Notes: a model not told the origin generated them from the letters alone. Positions 10,892-21,203 are shown, counted from the first letter of the stretch. The stretch is DNA of 56,760 nt from Rickettsiales bacterium (GCA_044341105.1 JBIISI010000002.1:1-56760); one strand, 5' to 3'. Numbers and translations: made by a program.

Positions 10892-11809
10892 ATGCGAGTA
10901 CTGGTCACAGGCGGCTGCGGGTTTATCGGTTCCCATCTGGTCGATCGGCTGGTCGAAGACGGCCATGCCGTGACCGTGCTCGACGATCTCTCCTCGGGCA
11001 CGCGCGACAACCTGAACGCCGCCGCCACGCTGGTTGAAGGCGATGTCGCCATGCCAGACACGGTGCAGGCGCTCATCGCCGAAACGGACGCGGTGTTCCA
11101 CCTCGCCGCCGTCGCCTCGGTCGACCAATGCACCAACGAATGGCTCAACAGCCACTGGACCAACCTGACCGGCACCGTCACCATCTTCGATGCCTGCGCC
11201 CATGCGGGCCGCACCATTCCGGTGGTCTATGCCTCCTCGGCGGCGGTGTATGGCGACAACCCCGCTTTGCCATTGGCGGAAGACGCTGGCACCGTACCAC
11301 TCAGCGCCTACGGCCTCGATAAGCTCTCCTGCGAGCGATACGGCGAGATCGCGTGGAAATTCCACGGCGTGCCGAATGTTGGCCTGCGTTTTTTCAACGT
11401 TTACGGCCCGCGGCAGGATGCGCGCTCGCCCTATTCCGGCGTCATCAGCAAATTCATGGCCAACGCCAAAGCGGGTGAACCGTTGAGCTTCTTCGGCGAC
11501 GGCGAACAAACCCGCGACTTCATCTATGTGGCCGATATTGTGGCGCTGCTCATGGCGGCGTGGCAATCGGCCAGCGGCTGCGCGGTGTTCAACGGCTGCA
11601 CCGGACGCGCCGTGAGCCTGAAGCAACTGGCCGAGGCCATTGGCCGCGCCACCCACACCGCCATCACCACGCGCCACGCCGAACCCCGCGCGGGCGACAT
11701 CCGCCACAGCCTCGGCAACCCCGCCAAGGCTCAAACCCAACTGCATTTTAATGCCGCAACCGCTCTAGACAAAGGCCTCGAGGCACTGCACCAGTGGGGA
11801 AACCATTAA
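10892..11809 (+). CDS. NAD-dependent SDR epimerase/dehydratase, UDP-hexose or UDP-HexNAc 4-epimerase-like (PelX-like position)
   Basis: MRVLVTGGCGFIGSHLV Rossmann motif and YGLDKLSCE (YxxxK). It lies directly upstream of the pel genes. An ATG at 10877 is an alternative start. Confidence 0.85.
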   Translation: MRVLVTGGCGFIGSHLVDRLVEDGHAVTVLDDLSSGTRDNLNAAATLVEGDVAMPDTVQALIAETDAVFHLAAVASVDQCTNEWLNSHWTNLTGTVTIFDACAHAGRTIPVVYASSAAVYGDNPALPLAEDAGTVPLSAYGLDKLSCERYGEIAWKFHGVPNVGLRFFNVYGPRQDARSPYSGVISKFMANAKAGEPLSFFGDGEQTRDFIYVADIVALLMAAWQSASGCAVFNGCTGRAVSLKQLAEAIGRATHTAITTRHAEPRAGDIRHSLGNPAKAQTQLHFNAATALDKGLEALHQWGNH

Positions 11810-11810
11810 G

Positions 11811-12716
11811 ATGGCGTGGGTAAAACGGACATTTACCGCACTGGTCTGCTTTGTCGGCTCGGCCTGTAGCCCGACCATCAGCAAGGCGCCCAGCGCCCTC
11901 ACCAACCCCAGCCCGAAAGAGCGCTGGGCGGTCTATTACGCCAAAGAACTGCCCGCCAGCAGCTTCGCCGCCTACGATCTTGTCGTGTTTGACCGCATCT
12001 ACTACCCTGATTTTCAAGCATTAAGAGGCAAAACGACGGTGCTTGCCTATATCAGCCTCGGCGAGGTGCATGGCGATACCGACGAGCACGGCCTGCTCAC
12101 CCAGCAGCAATCGCTGCTCGGCGCGCGCAGCACCTGGAACAGCTATACGGTTGATATTACGTCAGCTACCTGGAAAAAAATCATCGAAGCGCAGGTCGAC
12201 GATGCCATGCAAAAAGGCTTCGACGGGGTCATGCTCGATACGCTCGACTCCGCCCTGCATCTGGCGGATATGGCGTCCGATTCCAAGGGCCGCGCGGCGC
12301 AGGAAGCCGCCATTCGCATCATCACCGACCTGCGCCGCCACTACCCGGCGATGAAAATCATGCTCAACCGTGGGTTTGAAATCCTGCCGCGTGTCGCCCC
12401 GGCCATCGATTACGCGCTGGGTGAATCGATACTTGCACAAACGGACATTTCTACTGGACAATCCAGCCTTTTCCCTGCATTGACCTACCAATCAATGGCT
12501 TCGCAGCTCCTGAAAGCGCGAGCGATTGCGCCGTCACTTAAACTTTATACGCTGGATTACTGGAATATCGATGATGTCGAAGGCCTGCAAAAGATATACG
12601 CCATCCAGCGTGCCCATGGTTTTACCCCCTATATCACTACGCCCGACCTGCGCCGCCACACCCCGGAGCCGGAAGGGTCTTTCTCATTTTCCCCTATAGA
12701 GGCTCCGCATGCGTAA
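11811..12716 (+). CDS. pelA: PelA-like glycoside hydrolase-only lipoprotein (GH114/GH166-like TIM barrel), without a deacetylase domain
   Basis: Lipobox-like FVGSAC. WAVYY, DLVVFD and GFDGVMLDTLDS are blocks typical of TM1410/PelA-hydrolase-like proteins. The ORF is 301 aa, and its stop overlaps the pelB start by 8 nt. Confidence 0.6.
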   Translation: MAWVKRTFTALVCFVGSACSPTISKAPSALTNPSPKERWAVYYAKELPASSFAAYDLVVFDRIYYPDFQALRGKTTVLAYISLGEVHGDTDEHGLLTQQQSLLGARSTWNSYTVDITSATWKKIIEAQVDDAMQKGFDGVMLDTLDSALHLADMASDSKGRAAQEAAIRIITDLRRHYPAMKIMLNRGFEILPRVAPAIDYALGESILAQTDISTGQSSLFPALTYQSMASQLLKARAIAPSLKLYTLDYWNIDDVEGLQKIYAIQRAHGFTPYITTPDLRRHTPEPEGSFSFSPIEAPHA

Positions 12717-15700
12717 ATTTATTATCGCCGCGCTTGTTCTGGTCGTTATCGGCGTAGGAGTCAGCCTGCTGCTGATCCCGAGCGAAAGCGATGTCGCCGT
12801 GATGCAGGCGCGTGATACGCAAACCGTGGTCGCCCAGAATGTAGACGTGGAAGCCGAATACGCGCAGGGCCGCCGCAGCTTCCCGATCGTCTCAGCGCTG
12901 GCCGACAAGCGCATTGCCGAAGGCAACCGCCCGGAAGCGATCCGCATCCTCGAAGAATACGTGGCCAGCACCCCGAGTGACGTGCAAGGCCGCAAAAAAC
13001 TGGCCGAGCAATACCAGCTCGCCGGTGAAAATGCGAAATACAACGAACAGCTGGAAGCGATCGCCACCGCCGAGCCGACCGAAGAAAACCTGCGCGTGCT
13101 GAGCGATATTTATAACGCCGACAAGAACTACCCCAAGCAAGAAGAAGTGCTGGTAAAACTGCTCGACGTGACCAAAGGTGAGAAGCCGCAGGTGTTCGTT
13201 GATCTGGCAACCATTCAGGTGGTGAACGGCAAAAAAGACGATGCGATGAAAACCATCGCCGACCTGAAAGCCAAGCACCCGACCTTCGAAGACTATGCCG
13301 TGGTGCGAATTGAAGTGAATATCCGCGCCGAAAAAGGCGAAATCGACCAGGCCTATGCGCTGGCAAAAGCATGGGTCGACCGCCCGCTCCCCGCGCTGAA
13401 CGACGCTGCCCCCGTGGCCCCGCAGGTCACCCCGCCCTCGGGTGAGATCGCGAGCCCGGCAAACCCCGCCAGCCAGCGCGCGAAAGAACTCGCCGACCTG
13501 ACCAACATCCTGCATTACTCGGGCCATGCCGATAAGGCCGTGGCGCTGGTGGAGCCGCATCTGGAGCTGCTGCCGGAATCGACCGAACTGGTGGTGGCGT
13601 ATGTGAATGCCAACATCACCATCGGCCGCGACGACCATGCGTGGGCGATCCTCACCAAGATCGACGAAGCCGGCAAAATGACGCCGGAACTCTACCACCC
13701 CTACCTGCAACTGGCGATCAAACGCGAAGACAGTGAATCGGCCAACGCGATTGCGCAGAAGCTCGACCCCATGAGCTTCAGCGAAGAACAGGCGCTCAAC
13801 ATCATCGAACTCGCCCGCGCGATGGACGCGAAACCCACGCTCGACATCCTGCTCACCCGCTTCAAGCAGCCGCCCGTGGTCGAAGGCAAGCCCGTGCTCG
13901 ATGCGGTGATCGCCCTGCTGCAAAAAGCCAAAGACGAAGACAAAAAAGTCGAAACCGCGCTTAACACCGAGCTCAGCTCGCTGCAACGCCTGCGCCTTGC
14001 CGAAGCCTGCGTGCGCGCCAGCAAGAAGCAATGCTTCGACACCATCGTGTCGCGCTTCCCGGCAGTGCCGGAACAAACCGCCTCGCAAGTGGCGGAATAC
14101 GCGCAGCTCTACATTATCGCCAACCGCCCGACCGAAGTGATCGAGCCCGTGGGCCAACGCGCCGCCGCCACTGACGCCCACCCCGATGTGGTATTCGCCC
14201 ATGTGAAGCTGGCCGCCGCCGCGGGCCGCGAAGACATCACCAAACCGTGGCTGGAAGCCAACGCTGGCAGCGCGCCGTTCCAGAAACTGCATGAGCTGTT
14301 CTACACCGCCTCCGACCACCGCCAATACGCCGTGGCCAGCGACATTGCCGAGCGCCTCTATGCCCGCGACCCGTCGCCGATGAACCGCGAGATCATGATC
14401 TCGGCCCTCATCAGCGCCGGGCAGAACGACAAAGCCCTGCCGCTGCTGCGTGAATCCATCGCACAAGACGGCAGCAATGACGGGCTCTACCTTGCCACCC
14501 TCAGCAAAGTGGCCCGCAAAGACGCAGCCGCCCGCAAGGAGCTGGCCGACTATGCGCAAGCCTCGCTGCAGGCCGACCGCGGCAGCGAAAGCCAGCAGAT
14601 CAATTATGCGTACATCCTGCTGAACAACGGCCGCCGCGACGTGGTGATGCCGGTCATTCAACAGAACGCCAAAACCAAAGGCGGCGAATGGCGCAAAATG
14701 CAGGCGCAGTTGACCGCCCGCGGCACCGGTACCGGTGCACCTGCCCTTTCGCCCGCACAAATGATCGCGATTGCCAATAACCCGAAAACCAGCGCCCTGA
14801 CTAAGCGCCAAATGGCATTCGGCCTGCTGAAAGCTGGCAAGAAAGACGAAGCGACAAAAATCTTCCAGCAACTGGCCGAAACCAAAGGCCCGCAAAGCCA
14901 GGAAGTAAAAGACCTTCTCTATATGTGGGGCGGCAAACTGAACGCCGAGCAACTCGCATGGCTGCAAAAACGCTCCAACAATGCCAACGGCTACGACAAA
15001 CAGCAATGGGGCGATATCATCGCGCAATACGGCGACGACCGCGCGATCATGCAATATGTCGGCACCACGCCGGATGCGCTCTACAACAGCGACCTGCGCA
15101 AGAAATATTTCCGCACCGTGGCCGCCACCAATAATCCACAGAACTACGATAACCGCATGCGCGACTGGGTGGCCCAGACCACCGACGTGCCCGCCCTCGA
15201 GGATTACGCCGAAGTGGCGCAGGCCTATGGTTACGACAACGCTGCAACCAGCGCCTATAAGCGCATCGAGCAGCTCGACCCGAACAACGCCAAGGCGCTG
15301 GCCGCCCTGTCGGCCGCCTCGATGCAAAAAGGCAGCTACAGCAGCGCCGAGCAATACGTGAACCGCTCGCTCAGCGCCCCCGGCAATGCCAACCCGGCCC
15401 AAACCCATTTCTACAAAGCCGAACTGCTGAAACGCCAGGGCAACATGCCCGCCGCACAAGCCGAATACGCGCAGGTGGTGCAGGCAACGCCGGTGAATGC
15501 CGCAACGCCGACCGATGCGCTCTCGCGCTACTACACGGCGCAGTTCCATCTGGGCAACCATGCGGCCGCCAAGCAGGGCTTCGAGCAACTGCTCGCCGCC
15601 CATCCCGACGATAAGGGCGTGCTGGCCGACTACATGGCCGCGCTGATCGAATACAAATATTTCGACGACGCGACCCGCATCGCCAACCAGTACGACAAAT

Positions 15701-17214
15701 CCTCGCCGTATTACGGCCGCACTTCGGCCATCCACGGCCAGTCGGGCGACGTGGCGGACATCCAGCAGCTCAGCAATGGCCGCGAAATGAAGATCAGCTT
15801 CAACCAGCCGATCGAAGACCGCGCGCCGGTCGATATCGCCCGCGTGCAGAAACTGGGCTGGGTCGAGCAGGCCTCGCTCGGTTACGACAGTATGACCGTC
15901 TCCGCCAAGCCGGGCTACATGGTGCGCTTCGTGCCCACCGCCAGCGAGCAATGGCAGGTCGCGCCGGTGGAAACCGTGGTGGTGGCCCCGCAAGTGGAAA
16001 TGCAACGCCAGCAGGACCTGCGCCTGCAACTGCTCTATGCCCGCATCGAGCAGGAAACCGGCCAGACCGAGCGCGCCCAACAGCGCCTTGCCGCCCTGCG
16101 CCACTACTACCCGAATGACCCGCAACTGCTTGGCTATACCGCCAGCGTGCAGGCCGCCGAAGGCAACACCGAAGAAGCCATCGGGCTTTACACCATGGCC
16201 CAGCAGCTCTCGCCCGAGAACGAAGATTACGCGCGCACCGTGCGTGACCTGCGCAATGGCGGCGGCAGCTATGGTGGCCAGCGCACCATCGCGCAGTACC
16301 TGAAGATCGACCATGAATACCGCAATTACGGCGCGAACCACGAGCATATCACTACCCTCTCGGGTGTGGCGCGCGTGGGTGACCGCAACGAACTCGGCTT
16401 CAACCTGATGAACGATCGCGTGAACCCGAAGGGCTTCCAGGATCCGGCCACCGGCCTTGTCACCCGTAAGAGCGACAATTTCCAGGCGGGCGAATTGTTC
16501 CTCGGCCATTACTTCGATGGCGGCGACCGCCTGCAGGCATCGCTGTTCGCCAACGAAGATACGCCGGGCGCGGGCCTGTACTATGCATTCAACAACAGCC
16601 TTGGCCGCAGCGAATTGCTGGGTGAATACCACAAGCCGTATTGGGATTTCCCCGAAGCGGTCTATGGCATTGCCACCCGCGACCGCGTGGGCCTGAAACA
16701 TTACGGTAATATCAACAAAACGCTGACCTATGGCATCGAAACCTCGCTCAACAACTACAATGTTGAAGTGATGGACGACGTGGCGCAGACGGGCCTGTTC
16801 CGTCTCAGCCTGCAACAGCAGTTGCAACCGCAAACCGCCAGCCAGCCCTATCTCGGCATTGGCTACGGTTTCGACGGCGAATACCTGATGGGTGCCACCG
16901 ATACGCGTGCCGTCAACGGCACCGGCCCGGGCAGCTACCACCCGTTCCCGTTCAAATCGCGCGAGAACCACCAGATCGCCGGCCTCTACCGCGACGACTG
17001 GACGGATTCGACCCACGCCTTCCTGCTGGGTGGCTGGCTGTTTGACCGCCTGGGCGAAAACGGCCCCGTGGTTGAAGGCCGTATCAATCAGGATATCACC
17101 GATTCGCTTGAAGCGGGCGTGCGTGCGCGCTACGGCCTTGCTAGCAGCGCGAACGGCACCACCAGCGAAGACGATGCCGTGAATCTCGGCGCCCATCTCA
17201 TGTATAAATTCTAA
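12709..17214 (+). CDS. pelB: PelB-like TPR-rich export scaffold with a C-terminal outer-membrane beta-barrel (1501 aa)
   Basis: An N-terminal TM helix (FIIAALVLVVIGVGVSLLLI) is followed by many TPR-like A/L/Y-rich repeats. The C-terminal ~300 aa show an alternating beta-strand pattern and end in HLMYKF, an OMP-type terminal Phe. The gene sits before pelDEFG. Confidence 0.8.
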   Translation: MRKFIIAALVLVVIGVGVSLLLIPSESDVAVMQARDTQTVVAQNVDVEAEYAQGRRSFPIVSALADKRIAEGNRPEAIRILEEYVASTPSDVQGRKKLAEQYQLAGENAKYNEQLEAIATAEPTEENLRVLSDIYNADKNYPKQEEVLVKLLDVTKGEKPQVFVDLATIQVVNGKKDDAMKTIADLKAKHPTFEDYAVVRIEVNIRAEKGEIDQAYALAKAWVDRPLPALNDAAPVAPQVTPPSGEIASPANPASQRAKELADLTNILHYSGHADKAVALVEPHLELLPESTELVVAYVNANITIGRDDHAWAILTKIDEAGKMTPELYHPYLQLAIKREDSESANAIAQKLDPMSFSEEQALNIIELARAMDAKPTLDILLTRFKQPPVVEGKPVLDAVIALLQKAKDEDKKVETALNTELSSLQRLRLAEACVRASKKQCFDTIVSRFPAVPEQTASQVAEYAQLYIIANRPTEVIEPVGQRAAATDAHPDVVFAHVKLAAAAGREDITKPWLEANAGSAPFQKLHELFYTASDHRQYAVASDIAERLYARDPSPMNREIMISALISAGQNDKALPLLRESIAQDGSNDGLYLATLSKVARKDAAARKELADYAQASLQADRGSESQQINYAYILLNNGRRDVVMPVIQQNAKTKGGEWRKMQAQLTARGTGTGAPALSPAQMIAIANNPKTSALTKRQMAFGLLKAGKKDEATKIFQQLAETKGPQSQEVKDLLYMWGGKLNAEQLAWLQKRSNNANGYDKQQWGDIIAQYGDDRAIMQYVGTTPDALYNSDLRKKYFRTVAATNNPQNYDNRMRDWVAQTTDVPALEDYAEVAQAYGYDNAATSAYKRIEQLDPNNAKALAALSAASMQKGSYSSAEQYVNRSLSAPGNANPAQTHFYKAELLKRQGNMPAAQAEYAQVVQATPVNAATPTDALSRYYTAQFHLGNHAAAKQGFEQLLAAHPDDKGVLADYMAALIEYKYFDDATRIANQYDKSSPYYGRTSAIHGQSGDVADIQQLSNGREMKISFNQPIEDRAPVDIARVQKLGWVEQASLGYDSMTVSAKPGYMVRFVPTASEQWQVAPVETVVVAPQVEMQRQQDLRLQLLYARIEQETGQTERAQQRLAALRHYYPNDPQLLGYTASVQAAEGNTEEAIGLYTMAQQLSPENEDYARTVRDLRNGGGSYGGQRTIAQYLKIDHEYRNYGANHEHITTLSGVARVGDRNELGFNLMNDRVNPKGFQDPATGLVTRKSDNFQAGELFLGHYFDGGDRLQASLFANEDTPGAGLYYAFNNSLGRSELLGEYHKPYWDFPEAVYGIATRDRVGLKHYGNINKTLTYGIETSLNNYNVEVMDDVAQTGLFRLSLQQQLQPQTASQPYLGIGYGFDGEYLMGATDTRAVNGTGPGSYHPFPFKSRENHQIAGLYRDDWTDSTHAFLLGGWLFDRLGENGPVVEGRINQDITDSLEAGVRARYGLASSANGTTSEDDAVNLGAHLMYKF

Positions 17215-17237
17215 GTGCAAAAAACGAAGGTACGACC

Positions 17238-18566
17238 ATGAACAGACAATCCACCTTTAGCGGCATTCGCTCCATTGCCATTGTCGAAGCCCTGCTCATG
17301 CTGGTGCTGCTCGTCGTGGTCGACGCGCTGTTCCTCGATGGCACCCGTTACTGGGATGTGAACCCCCACCCGTTTTGGGTCGTGGTCATTCTTATCGCCG
17401 GGCAATACGGCACCGCCGAGGGCATCCTCGCGGCATTGTTTGCCACGCTTTTCCTGCTGGTGGGCAACATTCCCGCCGCGCCGGAAGGCGTCGACCGCTA
17501 CGACCATCTCTACGACATCGCCATCAACCCCATCTTGTGGTTCGTGGTGGGCTGGGCGCTGGGTGAAGTGCGCCAACGCCATGTGCGCGAACGCGACCAG
17601 CTGAGCAAAGACCTGAGCGAAAGCCAGCAGCGCGAAGAGCTGATCTCGGATTCCTACAAATTCGTTAAAACCCGCAAGGAAAACCTCGAAGTACAGGTTT
17701 CCGGCCAACTCACGTCCAGCATCGAAGCCTACCGCGCCGCCAAGGCGGTCGAAACCCTCGACCCAAAATCGGTCATGCAAGGGGTGGAGCGCCTCGTGAA
17801 ATCGGTGCTTGGGCCGCAGAAATTCTCGCTCTACATCCTGCACGACAACAAGCTTTCCGCCACCATCCTGCATGGCTGGCATCCTTCCGATAGCTACACG
17901 CAGGAACTCACCTCGATGAGCCCGCTTTATCAGGCCGTGGTCGGCCAGCAGGACACGCTGGTGATCGCCAACGAGCAGCATGAAATCGCGCTCGATGGCC
18001 AGGGCATCATGGCCGGGCCGATCATCGACCCCGAAAGCAACCGCGTGGTCGGCATGCTGAAAGTGGAGCAGATGGATTTCATCTCGCTGTCGCTCAACAC
18101 GGTGGAAACCTTCCGCGCGCTGTGCGAGTGGATCGGCACTGCGCTGATCAACGCCCGCAACTACCAGACGGTGAAATCCGACGCGGTGGTGAGCCCCGAG
18201 CGTGGCCTCATGACCTACAACTTCTTCAAGCGCCAGAGCGACTACCTCGCCAAGCTGGCCAAGCGCGTGGGCTTCGACCTGTCGATGGTGGTGATCAAAA
18301 TCTCCGATCCCAAATCGCTCACCGACGTGGAACGCATCACCGTCGCCCGCCAGATCGGCGAGTCGGTGAAATCGGTGCTGCGTTCGGTCGACCTTGCGTT
18401 CGATTACCAGACCGAAGGCGAGGAATATTCGATCCTGCTGCCCGCAACCGCGCAGGCCGGTGCCAGCGTAGTGCGCGACAAAATCGCGAAGGACATTGCC
18501 CAGCACCTGCGCGGCAAGGAAGCCAATTTCAGCTACATCGTACAGGCCCTCCATGAAGTCCGCTAG
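17238..18566 (+). CDS. pelD: PelD-like c-di-GMP receptor (TM + GAF + degenerate GGDEF)
   Basis: It has 4 N-terminal TM helices. The C-terminal RSVDLAFDYQTEGEEYSILLP has RxxD at the I-site position and EGEEY in place of GG(D/E)EF. Confidence 0.8.
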   Translation: MNRQSTFSGIRSIAIVEALLMLVLLVVVDALFLDGTRYWDVNPHPFWVVVILIAGQYGTAEGILAALFATLFLLVGNIPAAPEGVDRYDHLYDIAINPILWFVVGWALGEVRQRHVRERDQLSKDLSESQQREELISDSYKFVKTRKENLEVQVSGQLTSSIEAYRAAKAVETLDPKSVMQGVERLVKSVLGPQKFSLYILHDNKLSATILHGWHPSDSYTQELTSMSPLYQAVVGQQDTLVIANEQHEIALDGQGIMAGPIIDPESNRVVGMLKVEQMDFISLSLNTVETFRALCEWIGTALINARNYQTVKSDAVVSPERGLMTYNFFKRQSDYLAKLAKRVGFDLSMVVIKISDPKSLTDVERITVARQIGESVKSVLRSVDLAFDYQTEGEEYSILLPATAQAGASVVRDKIAKDIAQHLRGKEANFSYIVQALHEVR

Positions 18567-19686
18567 CGCAGCCCCCAGCATCGACTACTACCAGTATGTC
18601 GAGGATGTCCTCACCCCCGAGGATATTCACGATGCGAACACCGTGTCGTCGGCCACGGCCACCAACGGGCTGTTCATCATCCTCGCCATTGTGGTGAGCC
18701 TGCTGCATGCGTTTAACCTGTATTTGTTCATCGGCGCGGGCCTGTGGCCCATCATCCCGATCCTGATCCACCTTGCGATCTCGACCGTGACGGCGCTGAT
18801 CACCTACGCCCAATACCGCAACGGCATGGATGTGCAGCACCTCGCCATCCTGTCGATTGTGTCGTTCGTGACCGGCATTTTCGGTTCGCTTGGGGCGCTG
18901 TTCGGCTTTGTCGGCACCGTCATTTTCCGCAACCGTTCGCACCACTTCAAAGAATGGTACGAAAGCATCTTCCCCACCGACCAGGTGACCGATAGCCAGC
19001 ACATCTATGACAGCATCATGGAAGGGCTGGATGAAAACCCGCGCAGCTACAACGTCATGCCGTTCGTGGAAGTGATGCGCCTTGGCTCGGAAAACCAGAA
19101 GCGTCGTGCACTCGCCAAAATGAGCACCCGCTTCTCGCCGAAATTCAGCCAGGCCTTCCGCATCGCGCTGGCTGATTCGAGCAACACCATCCGCGTGCAG
19201 GCGGCCACGGCGGTCGCCAAAGTCGAGCGCGAATTCATGGCGAAGCTCGAGCGCATCGAAGAAGCACGCGCGCGCAACCCGAAAGACCCGGTGCTGACGC
19301 TCGCACTCGCCAAGTTCTACGACGATTACGCCTTCACCGGCGTGCTCGATGCCGAGCTGGAAAAACTGAACCGCGAACGGGCGATCAACACCTACAAAAA
19401 CTACCTGCAGCAGGATCCCAATTCGGCGGAAGCATGGGTGGCGATTGGCCGCCTGCTTTATCGCAACAAACAATGGGCCGAGGCGGCCGACTGGTTCCGC
19501 CACGCGCTTGATCGCGGCTGGAAACTCAACACCATGCTGCTGTGGTATTTCGAATGCCTGTTCCGCCTTGGCCAGTTCCGCGAACTGCGCCGCGCGGTGC
19601 TCGAGCATGGCCGCGGCATCATGGGGCAGGATGAACTCCCCAAAGACGTCCGCGACTCGGTGTCGCTGTGGCTGCAGGTAGCATAA
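18553..19686 (+). CDS. pelE: PelE-like inner-membrane TPR protein
   Basis: The ATG at 18553 overlaps the pelD end. Two or more TM helices are followed by TPR-like repeats (AINTYKNYLQQDPNSAEAWVAIGRLLYRNKQWAEAADWFRHAL). Confidence 0.7.
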   Translation: MKSASAAPSIDYYQYVEDVLTPEDIHDANTVSSATATNGLFIILAIVVSLLHAFNLYLFIGAGLWPIIPILIHLAISTVTALITYAQYRNGMDVQHLAILSIVSFVTGIFGSLGALFGFVGTVIFRNRSHHFKEWYESIFPTDQVTDSQHIYDSIMEGLDENPRSYNVMPFVEVMRLGSENQKRRALAKMSTRFSPKFSQAFRIALADSSNTIRVQAATAVAKVEREFMAKLERIEEARARNPKDPVLTLALAKFYDDYAFTGVLDAELEKLNRERAINTYKNYLQQDPNSAEAWVAIGRLLYRNKQWAEAADWFRHALDRGWKLNTMLLWYFECLFRLGQFRELRRAVLEHGRGIMGQDELPKDVRDSVSLWLQVA

Positions 19687-19694
19687 AGGAACGA

Positions 19695-21191
19695 ATGATG
19701 CGTGGTGTCGGACAAAAAGCAGATGTGTGCCTGATCTTGGAGGGAACCTATCCCTATGTGACCGGGGGTGTTTCCGGCTGGGCGCACGGACTGATCAAGG
19801 AGCAGTCGCACCTCACCTTCCACCTGTGCGCCATTGTGCCGCGCGACGGGGCGCTGGAGATGAAATACGAGCTGCCGAACAACGTGATCGGCCTCACCAC
19901 CATTCGCCTGAACGACCTGCCGCCAGGCGCCGACATCAACCGCCTGCTGGCCAAGCGCGTGCACAAAAACCTGCGCGAACCGCTCGCCACCCTCACCTCC
20001 GACCGCGCGATGGAACTGGGCGACCTGAAACAGATTATCGACGTGCTGGGCGGTGTTTCGGCACCGCTGGGCACCGAAGTGCTGCTCGACCGCGAAGAAG
20101 CATGGGAACAGCTCACCGACCTGTATGAAGCAGGCTTCCCGGAAACCTCGTTCCTCGATTATTTCTGGTCGTACCGCGCGATTGTCGGCGGCGTGTATTC
20201 GGTGCTGCTCGCGCCGCTGCCGCAGGCCGACGTGTACCACGCGCTCTCGACCGGCTATGCGGGCCTGATGGGCGCGCGCGCCAAAATCGAAACCGGCAAG
20301 CCGGTGATGGTGACCGAGCACGGCATCTACACCAACGAGCGCCGCATCGAGGTGACCGCGGCCGATTGGCTGGAAGCCACCGCCAGCAAAGCCCTCACCA
20401 TCGACAAGCCACGCCGCGACCTGCGCGACATGTGGATCGACTCGATCAACAATTTCAGCCGCCTGTGCTACGATGCGTGCGACCACATCATCACCCTGTT
20501 CACCGGCAACCAGAAACCGCAGCTGGAAGACGGCGCGAACCCCGCGAAAATGATGGTGATCCCCAACGGGGTCGACATCAAGCGCTTCGCCAGCCTGCAG
20601 CACCGCCGCCAGAGCAGCCCGACCATCGGCTTTATCGGTCGCGTGGTGCCGATCAAAGACGTGAAGACCTTCATCCGCGCCTGCGGCCTGTTGAAGCAGA
20701 CCACGCCTGAGCTGAAAGCCTATATCATCGGCCCGACCGACGAGGACAAAGACTACTTCCAGGAATGCCAGAACCTCGTGCAGCTGCTCGGCCTCGACCA
20801 TAACATCGTCTTCACCGGCCAGGCGCGGGTCGATGAATACATCCCCATGCTCGACCTGCTGGTCATGACCAGCATCTCGGAAGCCCAGCCGCTGGTTATG
20901 CTGGAAGCCGGGGCTGCGGGCCTGCCCATCGTCGCGACCGATGTGGGTGCCTGCCGCGAAATGATCGAGGGCACGCCAGAAGAAGCCCCGGCGCTCGGTG
21001 CGGGCGGCATCGTCACCCCGCTCGCCTCGCCCGCCAGCACGGCCGATGCCATCTACACCCTGCTTTCCGACAACGCGATGTACGAAAACGCCTCGCGCGC
21101 CATCGCCGCGCGCATGGAGCAGTACTACAACGAAACCATTCAGCAGCAGGCTTACCGCAATCTCTACGCGCAATACCTGCGCCGCGCATAA
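19695..21191 (+). CDS. pelF: PelF glycosyltransferase (GT4 with DUF3492-like N-terminal domain)
   Basis: ADVCLILEGTYPYVTGGVSGWAHGLI closely parallels P. aeruginosa PelF (ADVCLLLEGTWPYVRGGVSSWV, from memory). The GT4 C-terminal motif is SISEAQPLVMLEAGAAGLPIVATDVG. An AAGGAA RBS precedes the ATG. Confidence 0.9.
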   Translation: MMRGVGQKADVCLILEGTYPYVTGGVSGWAHGLIKEQSHLTFHLCAIVPRDGALEMKYELPNNVIGLTTIRLNDLPPGADINRLLAKRVHKNLREPLATLTSDRAMELGDLKQIIDVLGGVSAPLGTEVLLDREEAWEQLTDLYEAGFPETSFLDYFWSYRAIVGGVYSVLLAPLPQADVYHALSTGYAGLMGARAKIETGKPVMVTEHGIYTNERRIEVTAADWLEATASKALTIDKPRRDLRDMWIDSINNFSRLCYDACDHIITLFTGNQKPQLEDGANPAKMMVIPNGVDIKRFASLQHRRQSSPTIGFIGRVVPIKDVKTFIRACGLLKQTTPELKAYIIGPTDEDKDYFQECQNLVQLLGLDHNIVFTGQARVDEYIPMLDLLVMTSISEAQPLVMLEAGAAGLPIVATDVGACREMIEGTPEEAPALGAGGIVTPLASPASTADAIYTLLSDNAMYENASRAIAARMEQYYNETIQQQAYRNLYAQYLRRA

Positions 21192-21203
21192 AGGACGAAC
21201 CCC

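Noticed and set aside
12420-12640. A local drop in GC within the 3' third of the pelA-like gene, considered as a possible chimeric junction.
   Set aside because: The reading frame is continuous and the impression comes only from eyeballing. It needs a windowed GC/codon analysis and an alignment with homologs before it means anything.
12892-17220. 1442-aa ORF antisense to pelB. Similar very long antisense or shadow ORFs occur at 19458..22856, 4451..6481, 10856..11746, 17211..18581, 18529..19608, 23048..24148, 24216..25388, 25268..26212, 29476..30720, 30856..32358, 32130..33404, 36376..37722, 40470..41285 and 41315..42454.
   Set aside because: Their translations are low-complexity and rich in Arg, Gly, Ala and His, with no recognisable motifs. 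Each lies opposite an ORF with clear family signatures. Stop-codon-poor antisense frames are expected in GC-rich DNA.
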